From NCBI GenBank assembly GCA_018400815.1, contig JAGYLS010000013.1, positions 1-32,868 on the forward strand: 32,868 nt of DNA, given 5' to 3'. Under the pieces are notes generated by a model. That model was given only the letters and a program-made list of their open reading frames with translations, had not been told where the DNA came from and ran no database searches. A program made the translations under genes and the position numbers. The stretch's first letter is position 1; each line of letters opens with the position of its first letter. Positions 18,071-28,400 of the stretch are shown here, piece after piece. Source of the stretch: Candidatus Oleincola secundus. GTDB lineage: Bacteria; Atribacterota; Phoenicimicrobiia; Phoenicimicrobiales; Stramentimicrobiaceae.

Positions 18071-18581
18071 GAAAAAAACCCCTAAGTCCTGGACTAAGGA
18101 ATATTCGACATTACATAATCAGCGGACGCTTTATTCGTCACGCTATTCATCTAAAAGATATTATAAGAAAAAGAAAAATCATTTAAGCAGGGTTTTCGGG
18201 AAGAAATATATTTTTGAGTATAAAGATGAATTTTATATGGTTAGAAAATTGGCTGCCGATCAACTTCCAATTAGTTTAATCACGTTAAAGATGTATATGT
18301 CTAACACTTTCAATGTCATACCAAAACCAATTTATTTTAGGAAGATTAAAGTTCCTGGGTATAAGTTGATGAAGGAGGTGTACGGGGTTGAATATGTCCA
18401 ATATTTATCACAAACACAAGTTGATTTAATAAGAAAAGTTATCAGGGCGTGCAGGGGCAATAAAAAAAAGATACGGCACGGAGGTTTAAAATATATGAAG
18501 GAGTATTTACATGATAATTGGACACGATACGAAAAGAATCTTGGAGCTTTCAGCAAAGACGGAGATTGTTTTGAAGAATAA
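18048..18581 (+). CDS. Basic hypothetical protein, possibly DNA-binding
   Basis: Lys/Arg/Tyr-rich ORF. Likely TTG start at 18048 after AAGGA (start uncertain). Confidence 0.6.
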   Translation: MTAKKLPKKKTPKSWTKEYSTLHNQRTLYSSRYSSKRYYKKKKNHLSRVFGKKYIFEYKDEFYMVRKLAADQLPISLITLKMYMSNTFNVIPKPIYFRKIKVPGYKLMKEVYGVEYVQYLSQTQVDLIRKVIRACRGNKKKIRHGGLKYMKEYLHDNWTRYEKNLGAFSKDGDCFEE

Positions 18582-18603
18582 TATAACTAAAGAGGAGAAA
18601 ACA

Positions 18604-18855
18604 ATGAAGAAAACTGATGATAGATTGCCTGTAAAAAAAATAGAGGGGGAACCGGCTTATGTTGGAATTTCAGCCGGAATGACTGTTCCTACAAGACCTT
18701 ACGAATCGGCAAGAATACATATTTCATTGACTTATCCTTGTAATTTGAAAGATACTGATGAAGTATTTGAAAAATGTAAGAATTGGGTAGATGTAAGACT
18801 TGCCGAAGAAATAGCTGAAATTAGAGAATCAGCTCCAAAAGTTGAGGATATTTAA
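18604..18855 (+). CDS. Hypothetical phage protein
   Basis: GAGGAG RBS before ATG 18604. G.T....YESARI motif. Confidence 0.7.
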   Translation: MKKTDDRLPVKKIEGEPAYVGISAGMTVPTRPYESARIHISLTYPCNLKDTDEVFEKCKNWVDVRLAEEIAEIRESAPKVEDI

Positions 18856-18905
18856 TCTATGTGTCAATTAATAGAGGATATTAAAAACGAAATCCAAACA
18901 GGAAT

Positions 18906-18951
18906 GTCAACTACCCAAAGCTAAAGCATTGGGCTTTCTCAGACATTATTT
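18906..18951. mobile_element. 46-nt single-hairpin IS200/IS605 derivative (PATE-like), copy 1, followed by GTAA
   Basis: GTCAACTA-CCCAAAGC-TAAA-GCATTGGG-CTTTCTCAGACATTATTT. Including GTAA, 50 nt are identical to 31396-31445. Similar to the reverse complement of the tnpB right end (512-544). Confidence 0.85.
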
Positions 18952-18984
18952 GTAACTCGAAAGATTGCTGAAAAAAGGCTACGC

Positions 18985-20091
18985 ATGAAAATAAGCGATA
19001 TAATGAATGACAAAAAGAAAGTGTATTCTTTTTATAAACCTGAAGAATACGGCAGAGATTTTCCAAGAATTTTAAGTGGTATATTTGCTTTGGATTATTG
19101 CACAGCCGGTATACCAATAGGAGTCACATCTTCTATTTATGGCCCTGAATCAGGTGGTAAGAGCTCAGTAACAAATAAAATAATATCCGGCGCACAAAAT
19201 ATATGTTGGAATTGTTTTGAATATTTATGGGATTGTAAATGTAAAAAGAAAACTAAAAAGAAGGCTGTAATTGTTCAAACTGAAAGGTTTGATTTAGATT
19301 GGGCTGAAAAACTTGGGGTGAATGTTAATGATTTAGTGCTGGCTGAACCTTGTTATGGAGAAGAAGCTGTTGATATTATTTATGAATGTTTGAAAGCCGA
19401 CGACTGTGGTTTAGTTTTATTGGACAGTTTTTCAAGGGTTGTTCCTGAAGCTGAAATAGTGGAACCGGCTATGGTTAATCATGTTGGGACAAGAGCCAAG
19501 TTACATACTAGATTGATTAACAAAGTTAAATCTGTTTTAATTGAAAACAAAAAGAAGGGCAATAACACTGCTTTTTTGGCTATTAATCAAATGAGGGCTA
19601 AGATTGACAATACCTGGGGAGGGGCTACAGACGAACCGACAGGTTGTTTTGCAAGTAAGCATGACTGGCATTTGTCAATAAGAATGTCCCAATTAAAAAG
19701 TCAATTTGTTGATACAGAAACAGAATTACCAGCTTATGGCAAATTTAAAGCAAGTATTATTTCTCCTGGCATTAAGCGAAAACTTTTAACTATGGCTGGA
19801 ACGGCTGAGTTTTTTATGGCTATGCAAGCTACTCCAAATCATAAAGTAGGGCAAGTTAAGGAAGAAGCTATTGTTCTGGATTATGCTATAAAGGCTGGCC
19901 TGTACGATGAAAACACGAATACTATTTTTGGCAGGAAATATAGTAATAAACAAAAAGACTTGTTTGAAAACTGGAAGGCAGATAATAACCTTTTTCTTTC
20001 AGATAAAAAAAGAATAATAGATTATTATGTAAAAATTAAGAAGGGGCTTATCGAAGCGCCTCCAAAGAAAGAACCGCTGGATGAAGTTTAA
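18985..20091 (+). CDS. recA: RecA/UvsX-like recombinase with a Cys-rich insertion
   Basis: SGIFALD, Walker A YGPESGGKS, WAEKLGV, Walker B VLLDS, INQMR. Insertion CWNC.....CKC. Confidence 0.88.
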   Translation: MKISDIMNDKKKVYSFYKPEEYGRDFPRILSGIFALDYCTAGIPIGVTSSIYGPESGGKSSVTNKIISGAQNICWNCFEYLWDCKCKKKTKKKAVIVQTERFDLDWAEKLGVNVNDLVLAEPCYGEEAVDIIYECLKADDCGLVLLDSFSRVVPEAEIVEPAMVNHVGTRAKLHTRLINKVKSVLIENKKKGNNTAFLAINQMRAKIDNTWGGATDEPTGCFASKHDWHLSIRMSQLKSQFVDTETELPAYGKFKASIISPGIKRKLLTMAGTAEFFMAMQATPNHKVGQVKEEAIVLDYAIKAGLYDENTNTIFGRKYSNKQKDLFENWKADNNLFLSDKKRIIDYYVKIKKGLIEAPPKKEPLDEV

Positions 20092-20551
20092 CTGCTATTG
20101 CGGAAACGGCTTTACATTACCGACAAACAAATGCAAATATGTTTTACCAGAGGCTACTTTATTTTGTTCTACTGGTTGTTTCTTGAAATTTTTAAATGGG
20201 GTAGAAAAGCAGGATATAAGTGTTCCTATGGAGTTGCCTCAAATTGATACGGCTTTTGAAGAATGGGAACCGCTGACAAATTGTTTTTATAGATCAAAAT
20301 ATGAAAAGTCAGTTGTGTTATGGTTTATTAAAAATAATATTAAATTTTATTATGAGTCATGTTCTTTTAAGATAGGCGACCATTATTATACACCTGATTT
20401 TTGGCTTCCAGAGAAAAATATTTTAATAGAAGTAAAAGGCATGTGGCATTTTGGTAGTAAATACAAAACCAAAAAGGCTTTGAAAGTATTACCGCTATAT
20501 ATTTTACCAGGATATCTTCAAAAGCAATTTAACAAAGGAGAGACGGAATGA
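20081..20551 (+). CDS. PD-(D/E)XK endonuclease (T7 endonuclease I-like) with N-terminal Cys cluster
   Basis: YRSKYE, YYE, YTPDF, IEVKG. N-terminal CYCG...FCSTGC. Confidence 0.85.
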   Translation: MKFNCYCGNGFTLPTNKCKYVLPEATLFCSTGCFLKFLNGVEKQDISVPMELPQIDTAFEEWEPLTNCFYRSKYEKSVVLWFIKNNIKFYYESCSFKIGDHYYTPDFWLPEKNILIEVKGMWHFGSKYKTKKALKVLPLYILPGYLQKQFNKGETE

Positions 20552-21093
20552 AAAAAATACCTACAATTTTTAAACGTAATCCTGAAAAGATGAGCGTTGT
20601 TCTTAATGAGCGTAATCCTGATTGTTATTGGGTTTTTGACGGCGAGGGAGTAGCAACACGAAAATATGATGGAACGTGCGTTAAAATAGAAAATGGGCAG
20701 TATTTTAAACGTAGAGAGGTTAAGCCAAATAAAAAAATTCCAGTTGGTTTTGTTGAAGAACAATTTGATGAAATTACTAAAAAACGAGTTGGTTGGTTGC
20801 CGGTAAATCCTGATTCTAAAGAAGACCGATGGCATATGGAGGCTTTTGACCCAACCTTACCTGACGGCACATATGAATTGGTAGGCCCAAAAATTCAAGG
20901 CAACCCTGAAAAATCTGAAATACATAAGTTGATAAGGCACTCTGAAGCTGAGGTTATGGACGCTCCGAGAACTTATCATGGGCTTTCTGAATGGTTTAAA
21001 TATATAAATATAGAAGGTATTGTTTTTCATCATCCTGATGGACGCATGGCTAAAATTAAAAAACGTGATTTTGGCCAAAAGAGGGTAAGATGA
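20548..21093 (+). CDS. Minimal ATP-dependent RNA ligase-like nucleotidyltransferase (DUF5565-like)
   Basis: Motif I TRKYDGT, motif III TYELVGP, motif IV EGIVFH, motif V MAKIK. Confidence 0.75.
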   Translation: MKKIPTIFKRNPEKMSVVLNERNPDCYWVFDGEGVATRKYDGTCVKIENGQYFKRREVKPNKKIPVGFVEEQFDEITKKRVGWLPVNPDSKEDRWHMEAFDPTLPDGTYELVGPKIQGNPEKSEIHKLIRHSEAEVMDAPRTYHGLSEWFKYINIEGIVFHHPDGRMAKIKKRDFGQKRVR

Positions 21094-22016
21094 AATTTTT
21101 AAGGACTACGACTGAAGAAAAACATACTGGTGGGGGGGGTGTATCTAAATACGACAATATAGGTGACCCGGTTGTTTTATCTCATCAATTATTAAATACC
21201 AAGAAATCTTTTAGATACAAAAAATACACCCATGTTAGAATATCAGAAGTTCATTCATTTTGCCCAAGAGAGTACGCAATAGGGTATTTAACTGATACAG
21301 CGCAAGAAAACTATGTAGATTTCCCGCTTCAACAGCAGTTTGATTTAGGGTCGGCTATACATTATTGGGTTCAAAACGGGCACTCAAAGGTATTTAAAGA
21401 TGTGATATGTGGAACATGGAAATGCCTCGGCTGCCGAAATAAACGTAAGAATAAAGACGGCTCAATTTATTTTGGAACCAAGCCTAAAACAAATTGTGAA
21501 ACTTGTGGGGCTTTCCCTGAAGCAACTGTTTATGATGAGTTTATGTTTAGGATAGATAAGCCGTATAGAATTGTTGGTAAGATGGACGAAATCCTTTTTA
21601 AGGATGGGGTGTACCGGATAGGGGATTTTAAATCTTATTGGCAAAGACCAAAGTCCGGCTTTCCTATAGGTAAGGACGTAGTTCAATTATCAAGTTATAT
21701 GTATTTTTACAGTTTACTACCTGATGAGTTAAAATTCCCTGTAAATGTTGATACGACTTGCGGTTATCTTCACTACATTAGTAAAAAGTTTTCTTTTACT
21801 GAAAGTATCTTGACTTATCCTATAAGACCTAATAAAAAGATGTTGGAGCCGATTATTAGAAATGTAGGAGCTTTCACAAACGCTGCTAATATAAGGAAGT
21901 TGCCCCCTCCCTTATCTGTTTGTTTGCGCTCCGAGTTCAAAAAAGGAAGGGCTAAGGACTGTTATATGGCTGATAAATGTAAGGAGTATTATTACAATGG
22001 AATTACAAAATGTTAA
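21090..22016 (+). CDS. Cas4/RecB-like PD-(D/E)XK exonuclease with Cys clusters
   Basis: FCPRE, G.AIH, E, GKMD, DFKS, QL..Y, C-terminal C...C..C and internal CxxC pairs. Confidence 0.8.
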   Translation: MKFLRTTTEEKHTGGGGVSKYDNIGDPVVLSHQLLNTKKSFRYKKYTHVRISEVHSFCPREYAIGYLTDTAQENYVDFPLQQQFDLGSAIHYWVQNGHSKVFKDVICGTWKCLGCRNKRKNKDGSIYFGTKPKTNCETCGAFPEATVYDEFMFRIDKPYRIVGKMDEILFKDGVYRIGDFKSYWQRPKSGFPIGKDVVQLSSYMYFYSLLPDELKFPVNVDTTCGYLHYISKKFSFTESILTYPIRPNKKMLEPIIRNVGAFTNAANIRKLPPPLSVCLRSEFKKGRAKDCYMADKCKEYYYNGITKC

Positions 22017-23332
22017 AAAACCTGATTAAGGCTAAAGTAACCCCTATTATTATAGAGGCCGACGAGCCTGAAAGAGTATATAACTTTATACCAGAAAACC
22101 TTGACTTTAATATTACAGGAATATGGACTGCCAGTAAAGGGCTGGAATTAAAATGTGGTAATATCAGTTATTCAAATTCCCCTAAGAATAAAGATATAGA
22201 ATCGGCTTTTGAATATTTAAGGTATGCTAACAAGCAACATTTTATTATTTTTATTAATCCACCTGAAATAGAGAATATTAATAAACACTGCCTTGTTTTT
22301 GTAGGGCAGGGGTTGAAAAATTTGAAAGGTGCTTTATATTATACGTTACCTTCTCCGACAAAAGAGGAGTATGAAAAGGAATTTACCTTGCTTTTAAAGC
22401 CAAAGAAAGATAAAAAGCTAATTAAAAAATGGGCGGGTTATAGTTGTGGGATGCTTTTAAACGAGGCTAAAAATTGTTTCAAATATTCTATTTATTCTGA
22501 GTCTGATTTTCTCAGCAACAAATCAAAATTCATAAACAAAAAAATTATCGAAGAGATACGAACAGCTTATAGATTTAATGATGTAGGGGGTTTTAACAAT
22601 TTTAAGGAATGGTTCAATAAACGAAAATTCCTTTATAAAAAAGAGGCTGTTCAATTCGGTTTAGAATTTCCAAAGGGGGTAATCTTAGCAGGGATACCCG
22701 GTACAGGGAAAGGGCTTGTAACAAAAGCAATGGCTAACGAGGCGGGCTTACCTTTATTCAAATTAGATTTATCTACTGTATATAATCAATATGCGGGGGT
22801 AACTGATATGCAATTAAGGGAAGCTTTAGTATCTATTGAACAACATGCTCCATGTATTTTATGGTTGGATGAGTTTTCAAGATTCATTGTTGGTAAGGAA
22901 TCAGAAGGGGATTCAGGATTAACATCAAGGGTTTACGCTATTTTATTAAATTGGCTGCAGGAAAGAGAAAAATTTGTTTTTGTTTCGGCTACAGTGAACG
23001 ATTTTTATTTATTGCCTCCTGAATTGATACGAAAGGGCAGATTTTCAGAAGTGTTTGGAATTGGCTACCCAACACTATCAGATTTATGTGATATATGGGC
23101 AATCCATTTAAAAAGAAAAGGCATTAATGCGGATATGGCATTTCTATCTGAAATTAGCGAGAATATGACTGGTGCTGACATAGAAAATGTAGTCAACGAT
23201 GCTTTAATTAATTGTTACAATGAAGGAGGCACTAAGGAAGACATATCGGCATTATTTATATCTAATTTAATCAAACCATTGGAAAAGAACCAAAATATTT
23301 TAAATCAAATAAAAGGTTTACGGGGAGTTTAA
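22010..23332 (+). CDS. AAA+ ATPase (Ycf46-like)
   Basis: DVGG...KEW, PKGVILAGIPGTGKGL, LWLDE, ATVN, LPPELIRKGRF, TGADIE. Confidence 0.9.
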   Translation: MLKNLIKAKVTPIIIEADEPERVYNFIPENLDFNITGIWTASKGLELKCGNISYSNSPKNKDIESAFEYLRYANKQHFIIFINPPEIENINKHCLVFVGQGLKNLKGALYYTLPSPTKEEYEKEFTLLLKPKKDKKLIKKWAGYSCGMLLNEAKNCFKYSIYSESDFLSNKSKFINKKIIEEIRTAYRFNDVGGFNNFKEWFNKRKFLYKKEAVQFGLEFPKGVILAGIPGTGKGLVTKAMANEAGLPLFKLDLSTVYNQYAGVTDMQLREALVSIEQHAPCILWLDEFSRFIVGKESEGDSGLTSRVYAILLNWLQEREKFVFVSATVNDFYLLPPELIRKGRFSEVFGIGYPTLSDLCDIWAIHLKRKGINADMAFLSEISENMTGADIENVVNDALINCYNEGGTKEDISALFISNLIKPLEKNQNILNQIKGLRGV

Positions 23333-23967
23333 TGGGAAGAAAGCATTTGCATGTATATTTTAATAGCAAAACTCTAAGCGGGTGGGCTTCTGCGGCAATA
23401 TTAGATGTATGCCGTCCGGGAGCTTTGTTATCGCCTATGAATAACAACAAAGCATTTCCTTTTGATACGTTAGACCCCCAATGCGTAACTTATTTGATTG
23501 GATACTGTCCTGAATATTTTGATACTATGGAGTATATTTTTGAACAGTCTAATTTAATTTGGATAATCGGCAACGATGTAAAAATTGAACGTATCGCTGA
23601 AGAACACCAAATAAAAGAGAGGGCTTTGTCACCGAGTGACGTATTTATTGATTATAATAAAGGGCTGTGCGAAATAGTGTATAAGTGGCAATACGAAGTC
23701 GATTATGAAAAAGTGCCTTATTATCTAAAGCTACTTGGGCAATACGAAATAGGAAATTATTCTGACCCAAATACAGTTCCATTCCAATACGGAGCCAGGG
23801 CTTGGCTTGATGACCCAAAAAAGGCTATTGCGCCTTGGAAAAAATTAATTTATATGATGAAAGCTACCGACAAAAAATTTTTAGACGGTATTATTGAAGA
23901 TGGGAAAGCTATAATAAGGTATATAGAGAAGAAAAACTCAAACTCGGAATACAGCAAGGTATTTTAA
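23332..23967 (+). CDS. Degenerate DHH-phosphoesterase-like protein
   Basis: Spacing and context match phage DHH proteins (VY....L[S]G.ASAAI, LIWI[IGN], GLCE.VY, VP....LGQY[E], FQYG, I..GK.I), but the catalytic D/H residues are replaced. Confidence 0.55.
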   Translation: MGRKHLHVYFNSKTLSGWASAAILDVCRPGALLSPMNNNKAFPFDTLDPQCVTYLIGYCPEYFDTMEYIFEQSNLIWIIGNDVKIERIAEEHQIKERALSPSDVFIDYNKGLCEIVYKWQYEVDYEKVPYYLKLLGQYEIGNYSDPNTVPFQYGARAWLDDPKKAIAPWKKLIYMMKATDKKFLDGIIEDGKAIIRYIEKKNSNSEYSKVF

Positions 23968-23968
23968 A

Positions 23969-24541
23969 ATGGAAATTGTAGATTTAAAGCCGATAGATAG
24001 GGCTGCTAAGATACGGGCTGACTTACAAACTCTGGCTAATCAAGTAATTAATAACTTTTGTGAGCTATCTGATTTATTGTTGGAAGTATGGAAATATCAA
24101 TACCATAAACAATATGATTATAGTAGTTTTAGCGAATATGTGGAAGCGGAATTAGATATTAAAGAGCGCAAAGCGTATTATATGGTTCAAACAGCTAAAG
24201 TAGTCCATAATTTAGGTATTGAATGGGATGAAGTAAGGGCAATCGGCTGGCGAAAAATGGGGGCTATCACTCCATTATTAACATACGACAATAAAGACGA
24301 ACTCATAAAAGATGCTAAGGAATTAAATCTTACTAATTTAACAGAGAAGTTAAAAGCAAGTAAAAAAGGGTCTGATTTAAATGCGGAAGCGCCGACAAGA
24401 ATGACTGTTCAAATGGATGAAGATCAAAATTCAATCGTAAAGGCAGCTATTGATTATGCTAAACGCTACGAAGAGGCAAGGAGTAATTCAGATGCTATTG
24501 TAAAAATATGTTATGATTGGCTACAAGATAAGGATATTTAA
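23969..24541 (+). CDS. Hypothetical helical DNA-binding-like protein
   Basis: YSSFSEYVEAELDIKERKAYY and IGW.K pattern. C-terminal RHH-like segment. Confidence 0.7.
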   Translation: MEIVDLKPIDRAAKIRADLQTLANQVINNFCELSDLLLEVWKYQYHKQYDYSSFSEYVEAELDIKERKAYYMVQTAKVVHNLGIEWDEVRAIGWRKMGAITPLLTYDNKDELIKDAKELNLTNLTEKLKASKKGSDLNAEAPTRMTVQMDEDQNSIVKAAIDYAKRYEEARSNSDAIVKICYDWLQDKDI

Positions 24542-24558
24542 AAAAAAACGGAGGGGCT

Positions 24559-25077
24559 ATGAAAAAAGATGCAATGATAGATTTGGAAACTATGGGCACG
24601 AGCCATGATGCTGCTATTATTCAGATCGGGGCTTGTTATTTTAATAGAGAAACTGGCGAAATAGGCAATACTTTTTTTTCAAATGTAGACCTTAATTCAG
24701 AACTCGAAAGTGGCTTTGAAGTTGATGGTTCAACTATAATGTGGTGGTTGGGGCAGTCAGAAGAGGCAAGGAAATCTTTATTTTCTCAGCCGATCGGAAC
24801 AAACACAACTATTTTGCATTTCTTGTCTTTATTTTTAGATGGGGCTGCTAATATTTGGAGCCATGCTACATTTGATTTTGTTATACTAACAAATCATTAT
24901 AAGAAGTTAGATATGAAACCAACATTTCATTATAGAACTGCAAGAGATTTGAGGACGTTAGTGGATTTGGCTAATATCACTTCAAAGAAATATCCCAGGG
25001 AGGGGGTTCATCATAATGCTTTGGACGATTGTAAATATCAAGTTAAATATGCAACAGCTTGTTTAAAAATAAAGTAA
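24559..25077 (+). CDS. DEDDh 3'-5' exonuclease (exonuclease VIII/RNase AS-like)
   Basis: MIDLETMG, IIQIGA, TIMWW..Q, ATFDFVIL, RDLRT, HNALDD..YQ. Confidence 0.92.
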   Translation: MKKDAMIDLETMGTSHDAAIIQIGACYFNRETGEIGNTFFSNVDLNSELESGFEVDGSTIMWWLGQSEEARKSLFSQPIGTNTTILHFLSLFLDGAANIWSHATFDFVILTNHYKKLDMKPTFHYRTARDLRTLVDLANITSKKYPREGVHHNALDDCKYQVKYATACLKIK

Positions 25078-25088
25078 AGTGAGGTAAA

Positions 25089-25415
25089 ATGGCTAATAAA
25101 TGGAAAGAAGATCATACAGCATTAAAAAATTTATATGACGGCTTATATAAATTAGATAAGCGGTATGAATTTAGATGGCCTCGGCTGAAAGAAGACTTAG
25201 AGGCTTATATGAATGCCTTATTAGTTTTGGTGAATAAGGCTATAGAAGAATCCAGTATAAATAAAATCGTGGGACACGATGGTCTTATATACGTCCCTGA
25301 ATTTATTAACCTATCATACAAAAAGAAAAAACCAAAGAAGGCAACTAAAACTAAAAAAGAAACTACAAAAAAAGAATCCAATCTTAAAAAAACGGAGCCT
25401 TTGGATGATATTTAA
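25089..25415 (+). CDS. Hypothetical protein with Lys-rich tail
   Basis: GAGG RBS, 108 aa. Confidence 0.65.
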   Translation: MANKWKEDHTALKNLYDGLYKLDKRYEFRWPRLKEDLEAYMNALLVLVNKAIEESSINKIVGHDGLIYVPEFINLSYKKKKPKKATKTKKETTKKESNLKKTEPLDDI

Positions 25416-28400
25416 TGATGTATTTAGGGATTTTATATATTTTAGAACTTATTCGAGATGGCTGGACACAGAACATAGAAGGGAGTTTTGGCATGAAACT
25501 ACAGATAGATACAGAAATTTTTTTATAGAGTCTGTTCCTAAATCAAAGAAGAAAGAATTTGCAAAAGCTTGTGATGCTATTAAGGCGCAAGAAATAATGG
25601 GAAGTATGAGAGGGCTGTGGACTGCCGGCAAAGCATTAGAAAGAGAAAATTTATGTCTTTATAATTGTGCTGCCCTTTTAATTGATTCTGTAAAATCTTT
25701 TTCTGAGCTTTTGTATTTGTTAATGAACGGCACTGGAGTAGGCTATTCTGTAGAACGACAATACATAACAAAATTACCGGATATTCCGGTTTTAGATTAT
25801 AGTGACGACACTATAATTTTTTCTGATAGCAAATTGGGATGGGCTGAAGGGTATAATAAGTTTTTAAAGCAATTATACAACGGAAATATTTTAAATTATG
25901 ATTTATCTAAATTAAGACCAAAAGGAGCCAGACTAAAAACGTTTGGTGGCCGTGCTTGTCTCACTGGGGATACTATTCTTTATAAAGATAGGAAAAAGGC
26001 GAGAGGATATAATGAAATAACTATAAGAGAGCTATATGATTTAGAAAGATCACAAGGTAGATGGGAGCATAAACCAAATCATTTTAAAGCAGTTAAACTG
26101 CGTTCTTTGGACGAAAAAACAGGAACTTTTTTTCGTAATAATGTGTTACATGTAATTGATAATGGAGTAGCGCCAGTATATGAAATATTAACTGAGAATG
26201 GCTACAGAATAAAAGCTACTGATAATCATAGATTTATGAATGACTTGGGAGAGTATCAGTTTGTTTCTGAATTTAACCCAGGTGAGTTTATCGCTGTAAA
26301 TGGGTCTAAAGATAGGAGAACAGGTATTTGTATAGACTGTGGTTGTAAAATTTATCCGTCCTCTATTAGATGCAAGTCTTGTCATGATATATTTCAAATG
26401 AAAGATGATTGTCTACCTACTACTGCTCGTCAAAGAAGACAATGTAGATCTTATTTAAAAGAGTCTTGTGAGTTATGTGGGCATGATGGATCATCGAGTA
26501 AATTACAGGTCCATCATATTGACAAAAATCCACATAATAATGATTGGGATAACCTACAAACTCTTTGTGAAAAATGCCATAGAGTGGAAGATGCTAAATT
26601 GAGTACTTTTGGTAGCGCATATTCTCATAAATACTTATCGTTTGATAAGATTATTTCTATAGAATACGCTGGAACAGAGAGAGTGTATGATTTACAAATG
26701 GAAGGACCAAATCATAATTTTGTTGCTAATGGTTTTGTATCTCATAATAGTGGAGGACAGGTTTTAGATAACTTATTAAAATTTACCATTCAAATATTTA
26801 AAAACGCACAGGGCAGAAAATTAAATTCGTTGGAGTGCAATGATCTTTGTTGTTATATAGCCAGTATTATTATTGTTGGCGGCACAAGAAGGGCTGCTTG
26901 TATTTGTCTTTCCAACCCATCTGATGATCGTATGCGACATGCTAAAGATGGTCAATTTTGGAAAACTGCTCCCTACCGATCATTATCAAATATTTCTGCT
27001 GCTTATACCGAGAAGCCTTCTTCTGATTTATTTTTATCTGAATTTTTAAATTTAATCAGGAGTGGTAGTGGGGAAAGGGGTATTTTTAATAGAGAATCAT
27101 GTGAGTTTACTGTACGACAAAACGAGTACAGAAAAAGTAATTATTCGTGGTTGAGCAATCCTTGCTTTACAGGGGATATGCGGTTACTTACTGATATTGG
27201 GTATGATAGTTTTAAAAAACTATCAAAACAAGAATTTGTAAATACAGTTAATGAAGAAGGTGATATTTCTGAAGGCAAGGTTTGGTCTAATGGAATAAAG
27301 CCAGTATATGAAATTGTTTTAAGCGGAAAATTTAAAAATATTAAATGCACAATAGACCATAAATTTAAATTAATTGACGGATCGTCTTGTTTAGCTAAAG
27401 ACTTAACAGGAAAAAGATTAAAACCGTTTTTTGGGATTAGAAAAATTCAGGAGGAGGCGTTTAATTTTGATGATTTTTATGCTGGTTTTTTATTTGGGGA
27501 CGGTTCGCTTACAAGGCTTTCCTCTAAATCACACTTAGGCATGGAAGTTAGGATAGGCAAGAATGACTATGATATTGCTAATTTATTAGGATTAGAAGAA
27601 GGGGGCAACTACAACAAATATGCTTATGATTTAGCCGTAAAATACGGGTTTCCTTCTGCTGTAACTTATGAAAGGGAGTTACCAGAAAAATTAAATATCA
27701 CTAATGATTTTTTGTGCGGGCTTTATTCTGCTAATGGGTCTGTTATAGAATCTGCTTGTAGAATATCTTATAAGACAACAAGCAAGAAACTTTCTTTACA
27801 AATTTGTGATGAACTAAAAAAGAGAAAGATTAGTTGTTATATTACTACAAACAAAGCACATTCTGTAAAACATGCGAATGGGGCTTATGTCAGCAGAGAA
27901 AGTTATGATATTAATATAGCAGACGTTATTTCTTTTATGAGATTTGCGGAGATTATCGGTTTTGGTCAGATATACAAACAAGAAAGACTTCATAGTTGTA
28001 TTTTAAAAAAAGCTCCCTTTGTAAAATCGGTACGATTTATTGGCGAAGAAGAGGTTTTTGATTTTTCAGAGCCTTTGACTCATTGGGGGATTGTGGAAGG
28101 GGTTGTTGCTCATAATTGCGGGGAACGAATATTACGACCAAGATCGTTGTGTAATTTATCAGAAGTGATTGTAAGGCCAGATGATACAAAAGAAACACTA
28201 TGTCGGAAAGTCCGACAAGCCACAATTTTAGGCTGTGTTCAAGCCTGCTATACTAAATTTAATTTTGTGTCAAGGGACTGGAAGAAGAATGCAGAAGACG
28301 AAAGATTAATAGGCGTTAGTTTTACTGGCCTTAGAGACCATAAAGTATTAAATAAAGTATCCAACGAAGCTAAACTTTGGTTTACCGAGTTTAAACAGGT

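Noticed and set aside
18859..18988. Remnant DNA methyltransferase around the 46-nt element (NEIQTG ... KIAEKRL)
   Set aside because: Only two very short resemblances and no catalytic or SAM-binding motif; not supportable.
21090..22016. CRISPR adaptation module (cas4)
   Set aside because: No cas1/cas2 or array. Stand-alone Cas4-like nucleases are normal in phage recombination clusters.
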